This document shows, piece after piece, positions 45,264 through 51,608 of a stretch of 64,000 nt of DNA (position 1 is the first letter of the stretch; each line of letters begins with the position of its first letter). The stretch spans positions 32,001-96,000 of IMG/VR virus record IMGVR_UViG_3300033148_006102. One strand, given 5' to 3'. The notes beneath the pieces are model-generated. The model did not search any database, had not been told where the DNA came from, and was given only the letters and a program-made list of their open reading frames with translations. The stretch is from a virus. The position numbers were made by a program, and so were the translations under genes.

Positions 45264-45508
45264 ACCTCAAACTGGAGCTGACAGGCCTGCGGGAGTGCGA
45301 TGCGGTCAGTATTGTCAAGCTGATGTGCATGATGAACTACTTCGGCTCGGCCGGTTGCTCGCGAACCATCAAGCTGTTCGTGGACGGCGACGGCGCATTT
45401 AATTTCGGTCGCGTGCTGGTCGACGGCGAGGAAGTATCACGCAAGGAGCGGCTGAAGCTGATTGGGGAATATGACAAGGAAGATGGGCTGGACTTCGCGT
45501 TCGATTAG
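45236..45508 (+). CDS. hypothetical protein
   Basis: GAAGGA before ATG; last base of stop is tRNA G1. Confidence 0.65.
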   Translation: MPKPEQERVNLKLELTGLRECDAVSIVKLMCMMNYFGSAGCSRTIKLFVDGDGAFNFGRVLVDGEEVSRKERLKLIGEYDKEDGLDFAFD

Positions 45509-45584
45509 GGAGCGTGGCGCAATGGTATAGCGCATCGGTCTTTTAAACCGAGGGTTGTGGGTTCGAGTCCCACCGCTCCCACCA
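45508..45584 (+). tRNA. trnK: tRNA-Lys(UUU)
   Basis: TCGGT-CTTTTAA-ACCGA, CCA end. Confidence 0.93.
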
Positions 45585-45585
45585 T

Positions 45586-45660
45586 TGGCGCGTAGTGTAA
45601 TTGGGAACACGGCAGACTCTGGATCTGCAGTAGAGGGTTCGATTCCTTCCGCGCCAACCA
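45586..45660 (+). tRNA. trnQ: tRNA-Gln(CUG)
   Basis: GCAGA-CTCTGGA-TCTGC, U1-A72, CCA end. Confidence 0.92.
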
Positions 45661-45695
45661 AATTTATGGCCGTTCAGATGGACGGAGAAAGGAAG

Positions 45696-46289
45696 ATGAT
45701 GAAGCGGAACGTACTATTGTTAAACAAGAATTGGCAGCCGATCGCGTCGGCGCCGTGGAGAACTGCGGTAAAGATTGTGATTCGCGGCCATGGGTACGTC
45801 GTGGATCATCGAACTTTTGAACGCTTGGATTGGGTAGCTTGGGTCGCTACGCATTCGGCCGGTATCGATGCGGATGTAGACCGGAGGAGATACATCCAAA
45901 CTGGTGTACGGTTAATCGAATGTCCGAAAGTAGTGACCCTTGCCCGATTCGGCGGTTTACCCAAGCGTCGCCTGGCGTTCAGCCGTAACGGCATTTATGC
46001 CAGAGACAGCCATCGTGGTAAGCCGCAGTGTCAGTACTGCGGATCTTACCCAACTGGTAGAAGCCTGACGTTGGATCACGTTATCCCGCGGGCGCAGGGC
46101 GGAAAGACGCAGTGGGAGAATTGTGTTGTGGCCTGCGAAAAATGCAATATGCTCAAAGCAGATCGCACACCAGAACAAGCAGGCATGCGCCTGTTGAGTA
46201 AGCCTAAACGGCCAGAAGTTTTCCAAGCGTTGCTTGGCGAACTCGAACCGGAATGGGAAGTGTTTGTGAAGCAAGGAAATACAGCATGA
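45696..46289 (+). CDS. HNH endonuclease (HNH_5/McrA-like)
   Basis: VLLLNKNWQP...CQYCG...LTLDHVIPRAQGG...WENCVVACEKCN.LKADRTPEQAGM. Confidence 0.9.
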   Translation: MMKRNVLLLNKNWQPIASAPWRTAVKIVIRGHGYVVDHRTFERLDWVAWVATHSAGIDADVDRRRYIQTGVRLIECPKVVTLARFGGLPKRRLAFSRNGIYARDSHRGKPQCQYCGSYPTGRSLTLDHVIPRAQGGKTQWENCVVACEKCNMLKADRTPEQAGMRLLSKPKRPEVFQALLGELEPEWEVFVKQGNTA

Positions 46290-46471
46290 ATGGGACTGAG
46301 CTGAGAGAATACATACGGAAGCAGGTCCGCAGGTTCCATTACATGAGCCTGTGGGATCTTGTCAGTGAACGAAGTAGCCTACCCAGAAATGGAATGCTAC
46401 ATCGAATCCTGGGACACGTGATTGATTACCGACTCTTGGAGTCGGCGCGACAAAGAGCAGGTACAACGTAG
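46286..46471 (+). CDS. small hypothetical protein
   Basis: ATGA overlap; stop overlaps tRNA-Trp 5' end. Confidence 0.5.
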   Translation: MNGTELREYIRKQVRRFHYMSLWDLVSERSSLPRNGMLHRILGHVIDYRLLESARQRAGTT

Positions 46472-46541
46472 GTCGGGCGCTGGGTCGCAGGACGGTCTCC
46501 AAAATCGTCCTTGGTGGGTTCGATTCCCACCCGGCCTGCCA
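46470..46541 (+). tRNA. trnW: tRNA-Trp(CCA), reduced D-arm
   Basis: AGGTCGG/CCGGCCT acceptor, CTCCAAA loop, G73, CCA end. Confidence 0.82.
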
Positions 46542-46558
46542 ACAATTTTGGAGGTAAC

Positions 46559-46759
46559 GTGGAATTTGAATATGAATGCAAACTTTGCGGAGCGATCGTC
46601 AAACTAGCGGATCTTGATAAACATCTTGAAGAGGAGCATTGGCTCTCTGCGGATGTTAAAGCTGCGCCCAAGAGTGAGTTCTATAAGCTCCACCTCGAGG
46701 GAGATTGTTATGCGATTGCGGCAGACAGCCTGCCAAAAATAAACGGTTCTGTGGCATAA
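46559..46759 (+). CDS. small C2H2-type zinc finger protein
   Basis: CKLCG...LDKHLEEEH; GGAGG before GTG. Confidence 0.6.
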   Translation: MEFEYECKLCGAIVKLADLDKHLEEEHWLSADVKAAPKSEFYKLHLEGDCYAIAADSLPKINGSVA

Positions 46760-46818
46760 GACTGTGTAAGGGCAATCTTATGTGGGATGGCCCGTAATGT
46801 AACGGCTAGCACATGGAA

Positions 46819-46893
46819 TGCGGGATCGTTCAATTGGTAGGACACCTGACTTTGAATCAGGCAATGAGAGTTCAAATCTCTCTCCCGCAGCCA
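46819..46893 (+). tRNA. trnQ: tRNA-Gln(UUG)
   Basis: CCTGA-CTTTGAA-TCAGG, U1-A72, CCA end. Confidence 0.92.
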
Positions 46894-46907
46894 AAAAAGG
46901 AATAGCG

Positions 46908-47399
46908 ATGAAAAAACACAGTCATGGGAAATACGTGATGTTAGTGTTTTCCGATGGTACACGTGTTCTAGAACATCGCTATGTGATGGCGCGACATATT
47001 GGTCGGAAACTACATAGTGATGAAGTGGTGCATCATCGGAACGGAGACGGAAAAGATAATCGTCTACGCAATTTACGGTTATGGTCTTCGAACAGTGAAC
47101 ATACACAACATCACGCGCGGGAGCGTAGTCGAAGTGTCACATGCATGACCTGTGGTAGGTCCTTTGTGTTGAGCCTGGGCGAGTATACGCGCAGGAAACG
47201 TCGAGTAAAACATGGTTTGTACTGCTCACGCTCGTGTGCAGCGCGTTCACCATATACGCGGCGCGCGGAAAGCAAAATTGGTGATTACATACAGCTGTGT
47301 AAAGATTTACCAGGTATATCGATCAATGAAGCAGCAAGTATTCTGAGGGTTTGTCGTAGGACCATATGTAATTGGCGACGACGCCTGAAGAACAATTAA
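46908..47399 (+). CDS. HNH endonuclease (HNH_3) with zinc finger and HTH
   Basis: EHRYVM...VVHHRNGDGKDNRLRNL; ISINEAASILRVCRRTICNW. Confidence 0.88.
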   Translation: MKKHSHGKYVMLVFSDGTRVLEHRYVMARHIGRKLHSDEVVHHRNGDGKDNRLRNLRLWSSNSEHTQHHARERSRSVTCMTCGRSFVLSLGEYTRRKRRVKHGLYCSRSCAARSPYTRRAESKIGDYIQLCKDLPGISINEAASILRVCRRTICNWRRRLKNN

Positions 47400-47435
47400 C
47401 TTTCTTTTGAATCTTTCGTCAAAGGAGAACGAAGA

Positions 47436-49031
47436 ATGGCGAACAAGTCAATTTTCAGCACCCAGCGGGGGCCTGTACATCGACAGTACGGGGAAAGTGT
47501 GAAGACCGTTGATACGGTCAATGAGGCAGGCGGAGAGGCTTACAGCTTCACAGCAAAGTCTGCATTGGCGCAGTTGGCATCGACGGGCTGCTTTGGCAAC
47601 ACGTTCTATGTGAATGCCAAGAGTCAGCTTGACAAGGTTCAGGAATTGTTGCCACAGGTTGACAGCGAGTTTTTGGCCAAGCTGGCCGTATATGCCCGCC
47701 AGAAGGGTTACATGAAGGACATGCCGGCGCTCATGCTCGCGTATCTCTTCGCGCATGCGAAGGATTCTGCGACAGTTGGCGCGTATTTCAAGGCAGCGTT
47801 CCCGGAGGTCATGGACAATGGCCGTATGTTGCGAAACTTTGTCCAGATCATCCGTAGTGGCGTCACCGGGCGTAAGTCGTTCGGTACGGCCGGCAAGCGT
47901 GTGATCCAGGACTGGTTGACTAACCGGTCATACTGGAAGTTGTTCGGCGAAGCAGTTGGCAATGATCCGTCGATGTGTGATGTGCTCAAGATGACGCGGC
48001 CGCATCCAAAGGATGATGAGCAGCGTGCATTGTTTGGTTACATCACTGATGCGAAGGAAGGTTGGGACCGCGAGGCTCTGCCGGACTTCGTGAAGGAATT
48101 TGAGGCCTTCAAGCAGGATCAGACCAAACCTGTACCGAACGTTTCATTCGAACGGTTGTCTGCCCTTCCGCTTGGAAAGGAACACTGGATCGAGATCGCC
48201 AAGAAGGCGACTTGGTTCCAGACGCTCAAATCTCTTAACACGTACAAGCGTCATGGGGCGCTTGAGCATTCTGATGTTGTCGACATTGTCGCTGAGCGTT
48301 TGGCAGATCTTGAGTTGGTCAAGAAGGCCAAGGTATTTCCGTACCAGATCTTTGTGGCTTACAAGGCCGCGAATGACCTGCCACGGAAGATTACTAATGC
48401 GCTGCAGGATGCGCTGGAGCACGCGCTCCGAAACATCCCATTTTATGAGGGCCAGGTTTACATCTTCCCAGATGTTTCCGGCTCAATGTTATGGGGTAAC
48501 TTGACAGGTCATTCGCAGAGTTCAATTCGTTGTATTGACGTGGCGGCATTGATCACCGCGGCGATCATGAAGACGAACTATCTGGCGGAAGTACTTCCGT
48601 TTGATACACGCGTGCATGATGCGAAGTCATTGAATCATCGTGATTCAGTAGTACGCAACGCAGAGATCTTGTCGCGCTTTGGCGGTGGCGGAACGTACTG
48701 CGAGCTTCCGCTGCGTGAACTGAACGACCGTAACGCGAAGGGCGACCTGTTAATCTACGTCTCGGATAACGAGTCGTGGGTCGGCGCCGGCTATCGCAGC
48801 CATACAGGCTTGCTCAATGAGTGGGCGAAGTTCAAGCAGCGTAACCGGCAGGCCAAGATGGTCTGCATTGATCTGCAGGCTAACACCAGCACGCAGGCAA
48901 CGGATACGCCGGACATCTTGAATGTCGGTGGATTCTCTGATCAGGTGTTCAACGTTATCGACGCCTTTTTGAAGGGTGGATCTGATAAGGAACATTGGGT
49001 CAAGGAAATCGAGAAAGTTTATCTAGGATAG
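47436..49031 (+). CDS. rsr: Ro60/TROVE-domain RNA-binding protein
   Basis: NEAGGEAY...GCFGNTFY...LAVYARQKGYMKD; C-terminal vWA with DVSGSM, SDNESW, VGGFSDQVF. Confidence 0.92.
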   Translation: MANKSIFSTQRGPVHRQYGESVKTVDTVNEAGGEAYSFTAKSALAQLASTGCFGNTFYVNAKSQLDKVQELLPQVDSEFLAKLAVYARQKGYMKDMPALMLAYLFAHAKDSATVGAYFKAAFPEVMDNGRMLRNFVQIIRSGVTGRKSFGTAGKRVIQDWLTNRSYWKLFGEAVGNDPSMCDVLKMTRPHPKDDEQRALFGYITDAKEGWDREALPDFVKEFEAFKQDQTKPVPNVSFERLSALPLGKEHWIEIAKKATWFQTLKSLNTYKRHGALEHSDVVDIVAERLADLELVKKAKVFPYQIFVAYKAANDLPRKITNALQDALEHALRNIPFYEGQVYIFPDVSGSMLWGNLTGHSQSSIRCIDVAALITAAIMKTNYLAEVLPFDTRVHDAKSLNHRDSVVRNAEILSRFGGGGTYCELPLRELNDRNAKGDLLIYVSDNESWVGAGYRSHTGLLNEWAKFKQRNRQAKMVCIDLQANTSTQATDTPDILNVGGFSDQVFNVIDAFLKGGSDKEHWVKEIEKVYLG

Positions 49032-49036
49032 GAATT

Positions 49037-49178
49037 TGGGGCGAATGCGGACGGGATTACATTGATTCATAATCCGTTGGTCGGAGGTTCGAATCCTTCC
49101 CTCGCCACCACTATGGCGAGGTAGCTCAGTCTGGTAGAGCAGCGTATATGTCAAATCTCGTCGATTCTCGTCGCCCCA
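49037..49178 (+). ncRNA. Y RNA (YrlA-like) containing a permuted tRNA-Met
   Basis: TGGGGCGA/TCGCCCCA outer stem, GAATGC...TACATT motif, T-arm then capped acceptor then D-arm. Confidence 0.8.
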
Positions 49179-49195
49179 TCCTTTTCCTTCTTATT

Positions 49196-49274
49196 TGGGT
49201 GAATGCCGGTATGGGAGTACATTTCTGCGTGTAATGCTGAACCATGACCACTCTCTACCATCTTTCGTCACCCA
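49196..49274 (+). ncRNA. Y RNA 2 (no tRNA-like domain)
   Basis: TGGGTGA/TCACCCA stem, GAATGCCGG...GTACATT, 3' TCGTC. Confidence 0.7.
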
Positions 49275-49285
49275 CCCTTTTGAAA

Positions 49286-49353
49286 TGGCCGAATGCCGAT
49301 TGGACTACATTGTATCCATCACAAACAACGTCTAATCATAAGCTCGTCGGCCA
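49286..49353 (+). ncRNA. Y RNA 3 (no tRNA-like domain)
   Basis: TGGCCGA/TCGGCCA stem, GAATGCCGA...CTACATT, 3' CTCGTC. Confidence 0.7.
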
Positions 49354-49362
49354 TTTTCTTTT

Positions 49363-49759
49363 GGGGGTGAGTAGGATCGACTGGTCGTTACTGACTGGAA
49401 GAAGCGTGTCGCAGTTGACCAACACCTGCGTTATCAAGATGGTCGCAAACCCAGATGGCAACATCCATCACATGAGCGATTACGCTCGTCCGCAGCTTCA
49501 GGCTGCATAAAGGACAGCTCCGACCAGGTAGCTACCACACCTGGCTGCGGGATACCAACCCAAGGTGAGAAACCAAACAGAGTTAGGTCGGTGAACATGC
49601 CGCAGAGGGGATTCACCATCGAAGTTACGGCGGATAAGGCGTGACCGGGCTGTCGTCGGCTCAGAGGATCGCTCGAAAACATAGATGACGACTACACACG
49701 TAGAAGTGCCGGAATGATCGATACAGCACACGGGGTGCGACTCCCCGTCACCTCCACCA
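49363..49759 (+). ncRNA. ssrA: tmRNA; predicted tag (A)ANPDGNIHHMSDYARPQLQAA
   Basis: GGGGGTGA...GGATCGAC 5' end, G3:U70, T-arm plus TCCACCA 3' end, tag ORF 49445-49510 ending in AA. Confidence 0.9.
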
Positions 49760-49765
49760 GATTTT

Positions 49766-49873
49766 GCCGTCGAATGCGGTGATAATTATTACCCCGCACT
49801 GAAAACTATTTCGGGAATTTGGCTACCGGAAATAGGCAGTAGGAAGCCGAATAGCCTACGGGGAATCGGCGGC
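49766..49873 (+). ncRNA. unassigned multi-branch structured RNA candidate
   Basis: GCCGTCGA/TCGGCGGC outer stem enclosing three hairpins; begins with GAATGCGG. Confidence 0.4.
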
Positions 49874-49907
49874 CCATATTGAGAGCGCACGGGGGTTCCG
49901 TGCACGC

Positions 49908-49957
49908 GCCGCGCAACGTTCATGCTCATGTCCGTTGCGCGGCTGCTTTCTTTTTTA
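49908..49957 (+). terminator. intrinsic terminator ending tRNA/Ro60/tmRNA unit 1
   Basis: 11-bp GCCGCGCAACG/CGTTGCGCGGC followed by TGCTTTCTTTTTT. Confidence 0.7.
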
Positions 49958-49966
49958 CGAAGAGGG

Positions 49967-49994
49967 TTGACATCCGATTTATCGAATGTACCTT
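49967..49994 (+). promoter_or_regulatory. sigma70-like promoter of tRNA unit 2
   Basis: TTGACA-N16-TACCTT. Confidence 0.65.
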
Positions 49995-50014
49995 GAGATG
50001 TTCGCGGAGCTTAG

Positions 50015-50130
50015 CAGGCTTGCACTGCGATTTCGGTTTCTCTGTTCCGACCTGGCACGCTATGCGTGATTAAAAACAGAGTGGTGGACTGGGACAGTGG
50101 ATGGAGGACACCAAATCCGCCGGAAGCCTG
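50015..50130 (+). ncRNA. long irregular hairpin RNA candidate
   Basis: nested pairs CAGGCTT/AAGCCTG, GCGATTTCGGT/ACCAAATCCGC, CTCTGTT/AACAGAG, CACGC/GCGTG. Confidence 0.4.
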
Positions 50131-50184
50131 TCACGCCCTCGTCTTGATCCGGGACGCTAACTTGGATCAGCTTTTTGAATTTGT

Positions 50185-50262
50185 TGCGGGGTGGAGCAGT
50201 CTAGTCAGCTCGCAAGGCTCATAACCTTGAGGTCGTCAGTTCAAATCCTTCCCCCGCCACCA
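50185..50262 (+). tRNA. trnfM: initiator-type tRNA-fMet(CAU) with disrupted T-stem
   Basis: GCGGGGTGGAGCAG...GCTCATAACC...TTCAAAT...CCCCGCCACCA; 1:72 mismatch; T-stem GTCAG/CCTTC has 2 of 5 pairs. Confidence 0.7.
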
Positions 50263-50275
50263 ATTTGGAGAAAAG

Positions 50276-50341
50276 ATGAAGACGTTACTGAGTTACTCGT
50301 CCTTGTATCTGTGCCTCTCAGGCGCGGAGGTTGGCGTGTAA
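50276..50341 (+). promoter_or_regulatory. leader peptide ORF 2, MKTLLSYSSLYLCLSGAEVGV*
   Basis: GGAGAAAAG before ATG; 12 consecutive Leu/Ser/Tyr/Cys codons; stop inside the antiterminator strand. Confidence 0.75.
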
Positions 50342-50401
50342 CTGGATCTTCATCACCTACCGGTCCCAGAAACCCGCCAGCACAACCTGGCGGGTTTTCT
50401 G
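50331..50401 (+). terminator. mutually exclusive antiterminator/terminator (attenuator 2)
   Basis: AAACCCGCCAG/CTGGCGGGTTT terminator with T-rich tail; 50331-345 can pair with 50366-380 (12 of 15). Confidence 0.75.
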
Positions 50402-50405
50402 TTGA

Positions 50406-50416
50406 GCTCTTTGACA
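50406..50416 (+). promoter_or_regulatory. rrn-type boxA
   Basis: GCTCTTTGACA directly after attenuator 2. Confidence 0.6.
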
Positions 50417-50433
50417 TTTGTGACGGAACTAAT

Positions 50434-50523
50434 GGTCGGTGTTCCCCATGGCGGTCTGTAAAACCGTTGTCGTTAAATATTTGGGGTAGTAGACGAATGG
50501 TCCAATTCCATTACCGACCACCA
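50434..50523 (+). tRNA. trnY: atypical tRNA-Tyr(GUA): no D-stem, long variable region
   Basis: GGTCGGT/ACCGACC acceptor, GCGGT-CTGTAAA-ACCGT, AATGG-TCCAATT-CCATT, A73, CCA end. Confidence 0.72.
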
Positions 50524-50540
50524 TTTCTTGAAAGGAAAAC

Positions 50541-51029
50541 ATGGGAAGAGAAGTACGAATGGTTCCACCCAACTGGAAGCATCCAATAGGCGATCGTGGA
50601 TACCTACAACCAATGCACGATGAGAACTTCGAAGAAGCACTTGCGGAGTGGAAGAACGGTCAGGCTGCATGGGAAGCTGGCACGCACGAAGATTTCGCAG
50701 AATATGGTGAAGACACCTCCTGGGAAGATTGGGCCGGCGAAGAGCCAGAGCCTGAATACTATCGGCCATGGAAAGCCGAAGAAGCCACGTGGTATCAGCT
50801 CTGGGAGACGGTTAGCGAAGGTACGCCGGTAACACCACCTTTTGCAACAAAGGAAGAGCTCGCGGACTACCTAGTCAATGTCGGCGAAGACTTCGGCCGG
50901 CGACAGACATGGCCGCGCGAGGCCGCTGATAACATGATGCGAGAAGAATGGGCGCCTTCGTTCATTGCTCGAGACGGCGTGATAATGGAGCCTAAGGATC
51001 CTGCTTTCTTTTCGGGAATGAAGAAATAA
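50541..51029 (+). CDS. acidic Trp-rich hypothetical protein
   Basis: GAAAGGA RBS; YQLWETVSEGTPVTPPF. Confidence 0.7.
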   Translation: MGREVRMVPPNWKHPIGDRGYLQPMHDENFEEALAEWKNGQAAWEAGTHEDFAEYGEDTSWEDWAGEEPEPEYYRPWKAEEATWYQLWETVSEGTPVTPPFATKEELADYLVNVGEDFGRRQTWPREAADNMMREEWAPSFIARDGVIMEPKDPAFFSGMKK

Positions 51030-51032
51030 TAA

Positions 51033-51109
51033 GCCTCCGTAGGCGAATTGGGATAGCCGCTTGACTTAGGATCAAGTGTTTGTGAGTTCGACTTTCACCG
51101 GAGGTACCA
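51033..51109 (+). tRNA. trnL: tRNA-Leu(UAG), short variable arm
   Basis: CTTGA-CTTAGGA-TCAAG, CCA end. Confidence 0.88.
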
Positions 51110-51114
51110 ATATT

Positions 51115-51236
51115 GAAGAGTACGGCGACGCAGCGAACTGCGGACGGGGTAGGCGGGTTGCTAGCACTTGGCCTGCACGGGCGGAATAAATCGAAAGACG
51201 CCGTGAGCAGAGGTAATTGAACTGCCCGTACTCTTC
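51115..51236 (+). ncRNA. unassigned five-helix structured RNA candidate
   Basis: perfect 11-bp GAAGAGTACGG/CCGTACTCTTC stem closing four hairpins. Confidence 0.55.
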
Positions 51237-51244
51237 TTCATTTT

Positions 51245-51321
51245 GGCAGCGTAGGCGAATTGGGATAGCCGCCGTACTCAAAATGCGGTGTTTGTGGGTT
51301 CGACTCCCACCGCTGCTACCA
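51245..51321 (+). tRNA. trnL: tRNA-Leu(CAA), short variable arm
   Basis: CCGTA-CTCAAAA-TGCGG, CCA end. Confidence 0.88.
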
Positions 51322-51330
51322 CATTCAACT

Positions 51331-51413
51331 GGCTGGATGGCGGAACTGGTAGACGCGCACGGTTGAGGGCCGTGTTCCCAGGAGTGAGGGTTCGAATCCC
51401 TCTCCAGCCACCA
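51331..51413 (+). tRNA. trnL: tRNA-Leu(GAG), long variable arm
   Basis: CACGG-TTGAGGG-CCGTG, CCA end. Confidence 0.92.
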
Positions 51414-51423
51414 GTTTGACGGA

Positions 51424-51500
51424 GCCTCCGTAGCCCAACTGGGAGAGGCACTTGGTTTAAGCCCAAGTCAGTGTCGGTTCGAATCCGACCGGAGGTACCA
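51424..51500 (+). tRNA. trnL: tRNA-Leu(UAA), short variable arm
   Basis: CTTGG-TTTAAGC-CCAAG, CCA end. Confidence 0.88.
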
Positions 51501-51501
51501 A

Positions 51502-51589
51502 GGAGGTATGGCTGAGTGGAAAAGCTCCCGGTTGCTAACCGGTGGACAGGGTAACACCTGCGCAGGTTCGAATCCTGCTACCTCCGCCA
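51502..51589 (+). tRNA. trnS: tRNA-Ser(GCU)
   Basis: TTGCTAA loop, long variable arm, G73, CCA end. Confidence 0.9.
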
Positions 51590-51608
51590 ATTTTCTTAAA
51601 GGAGAAAA

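Noticed and set aside
41573-47399. ORF-track N-terminal extensions (41573, 42094, 42544, 44128, 45555, 46511, 46818, 50191) running through tRNA genes
   Set aside because: They start at alternative codons inside tRNAs. Except for 50191, which is a spurious read-through of tRNA-fMet, leader 2 and tRNA-Tyr, each has a downstream start, mostly with an RBS, where protein-like sequence begins.
49037-49353. Y-RNA repeats, or the 23-bp palindromes, as a CRISPR array
   Set aside because: Repeats are not identical or regularly spaced and no cas genes are present.
49244-49510. 88-aa ORF spanning Y RNA 3 and tmRNA
   Set aside because: Only its last 21 codons are meaningful, as the tmRNA tag.
34166-50416. 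TTGACA at 34166, 35130 and 50411 as -35 promoter elements
   Set aside because: No -10-like hexamer 16-18 nt downstream; context GCTCT-TTGACA fits boxA better.
51150-51180. CTA triplet in a loop of the 51115-51236 RNA as an amber suppressor or recoding signal
   Set aside because: Loop lacks U33 and purine 37 context, there is no T-loop or CCA, and TAG behaves as a normal stop throughout the window.
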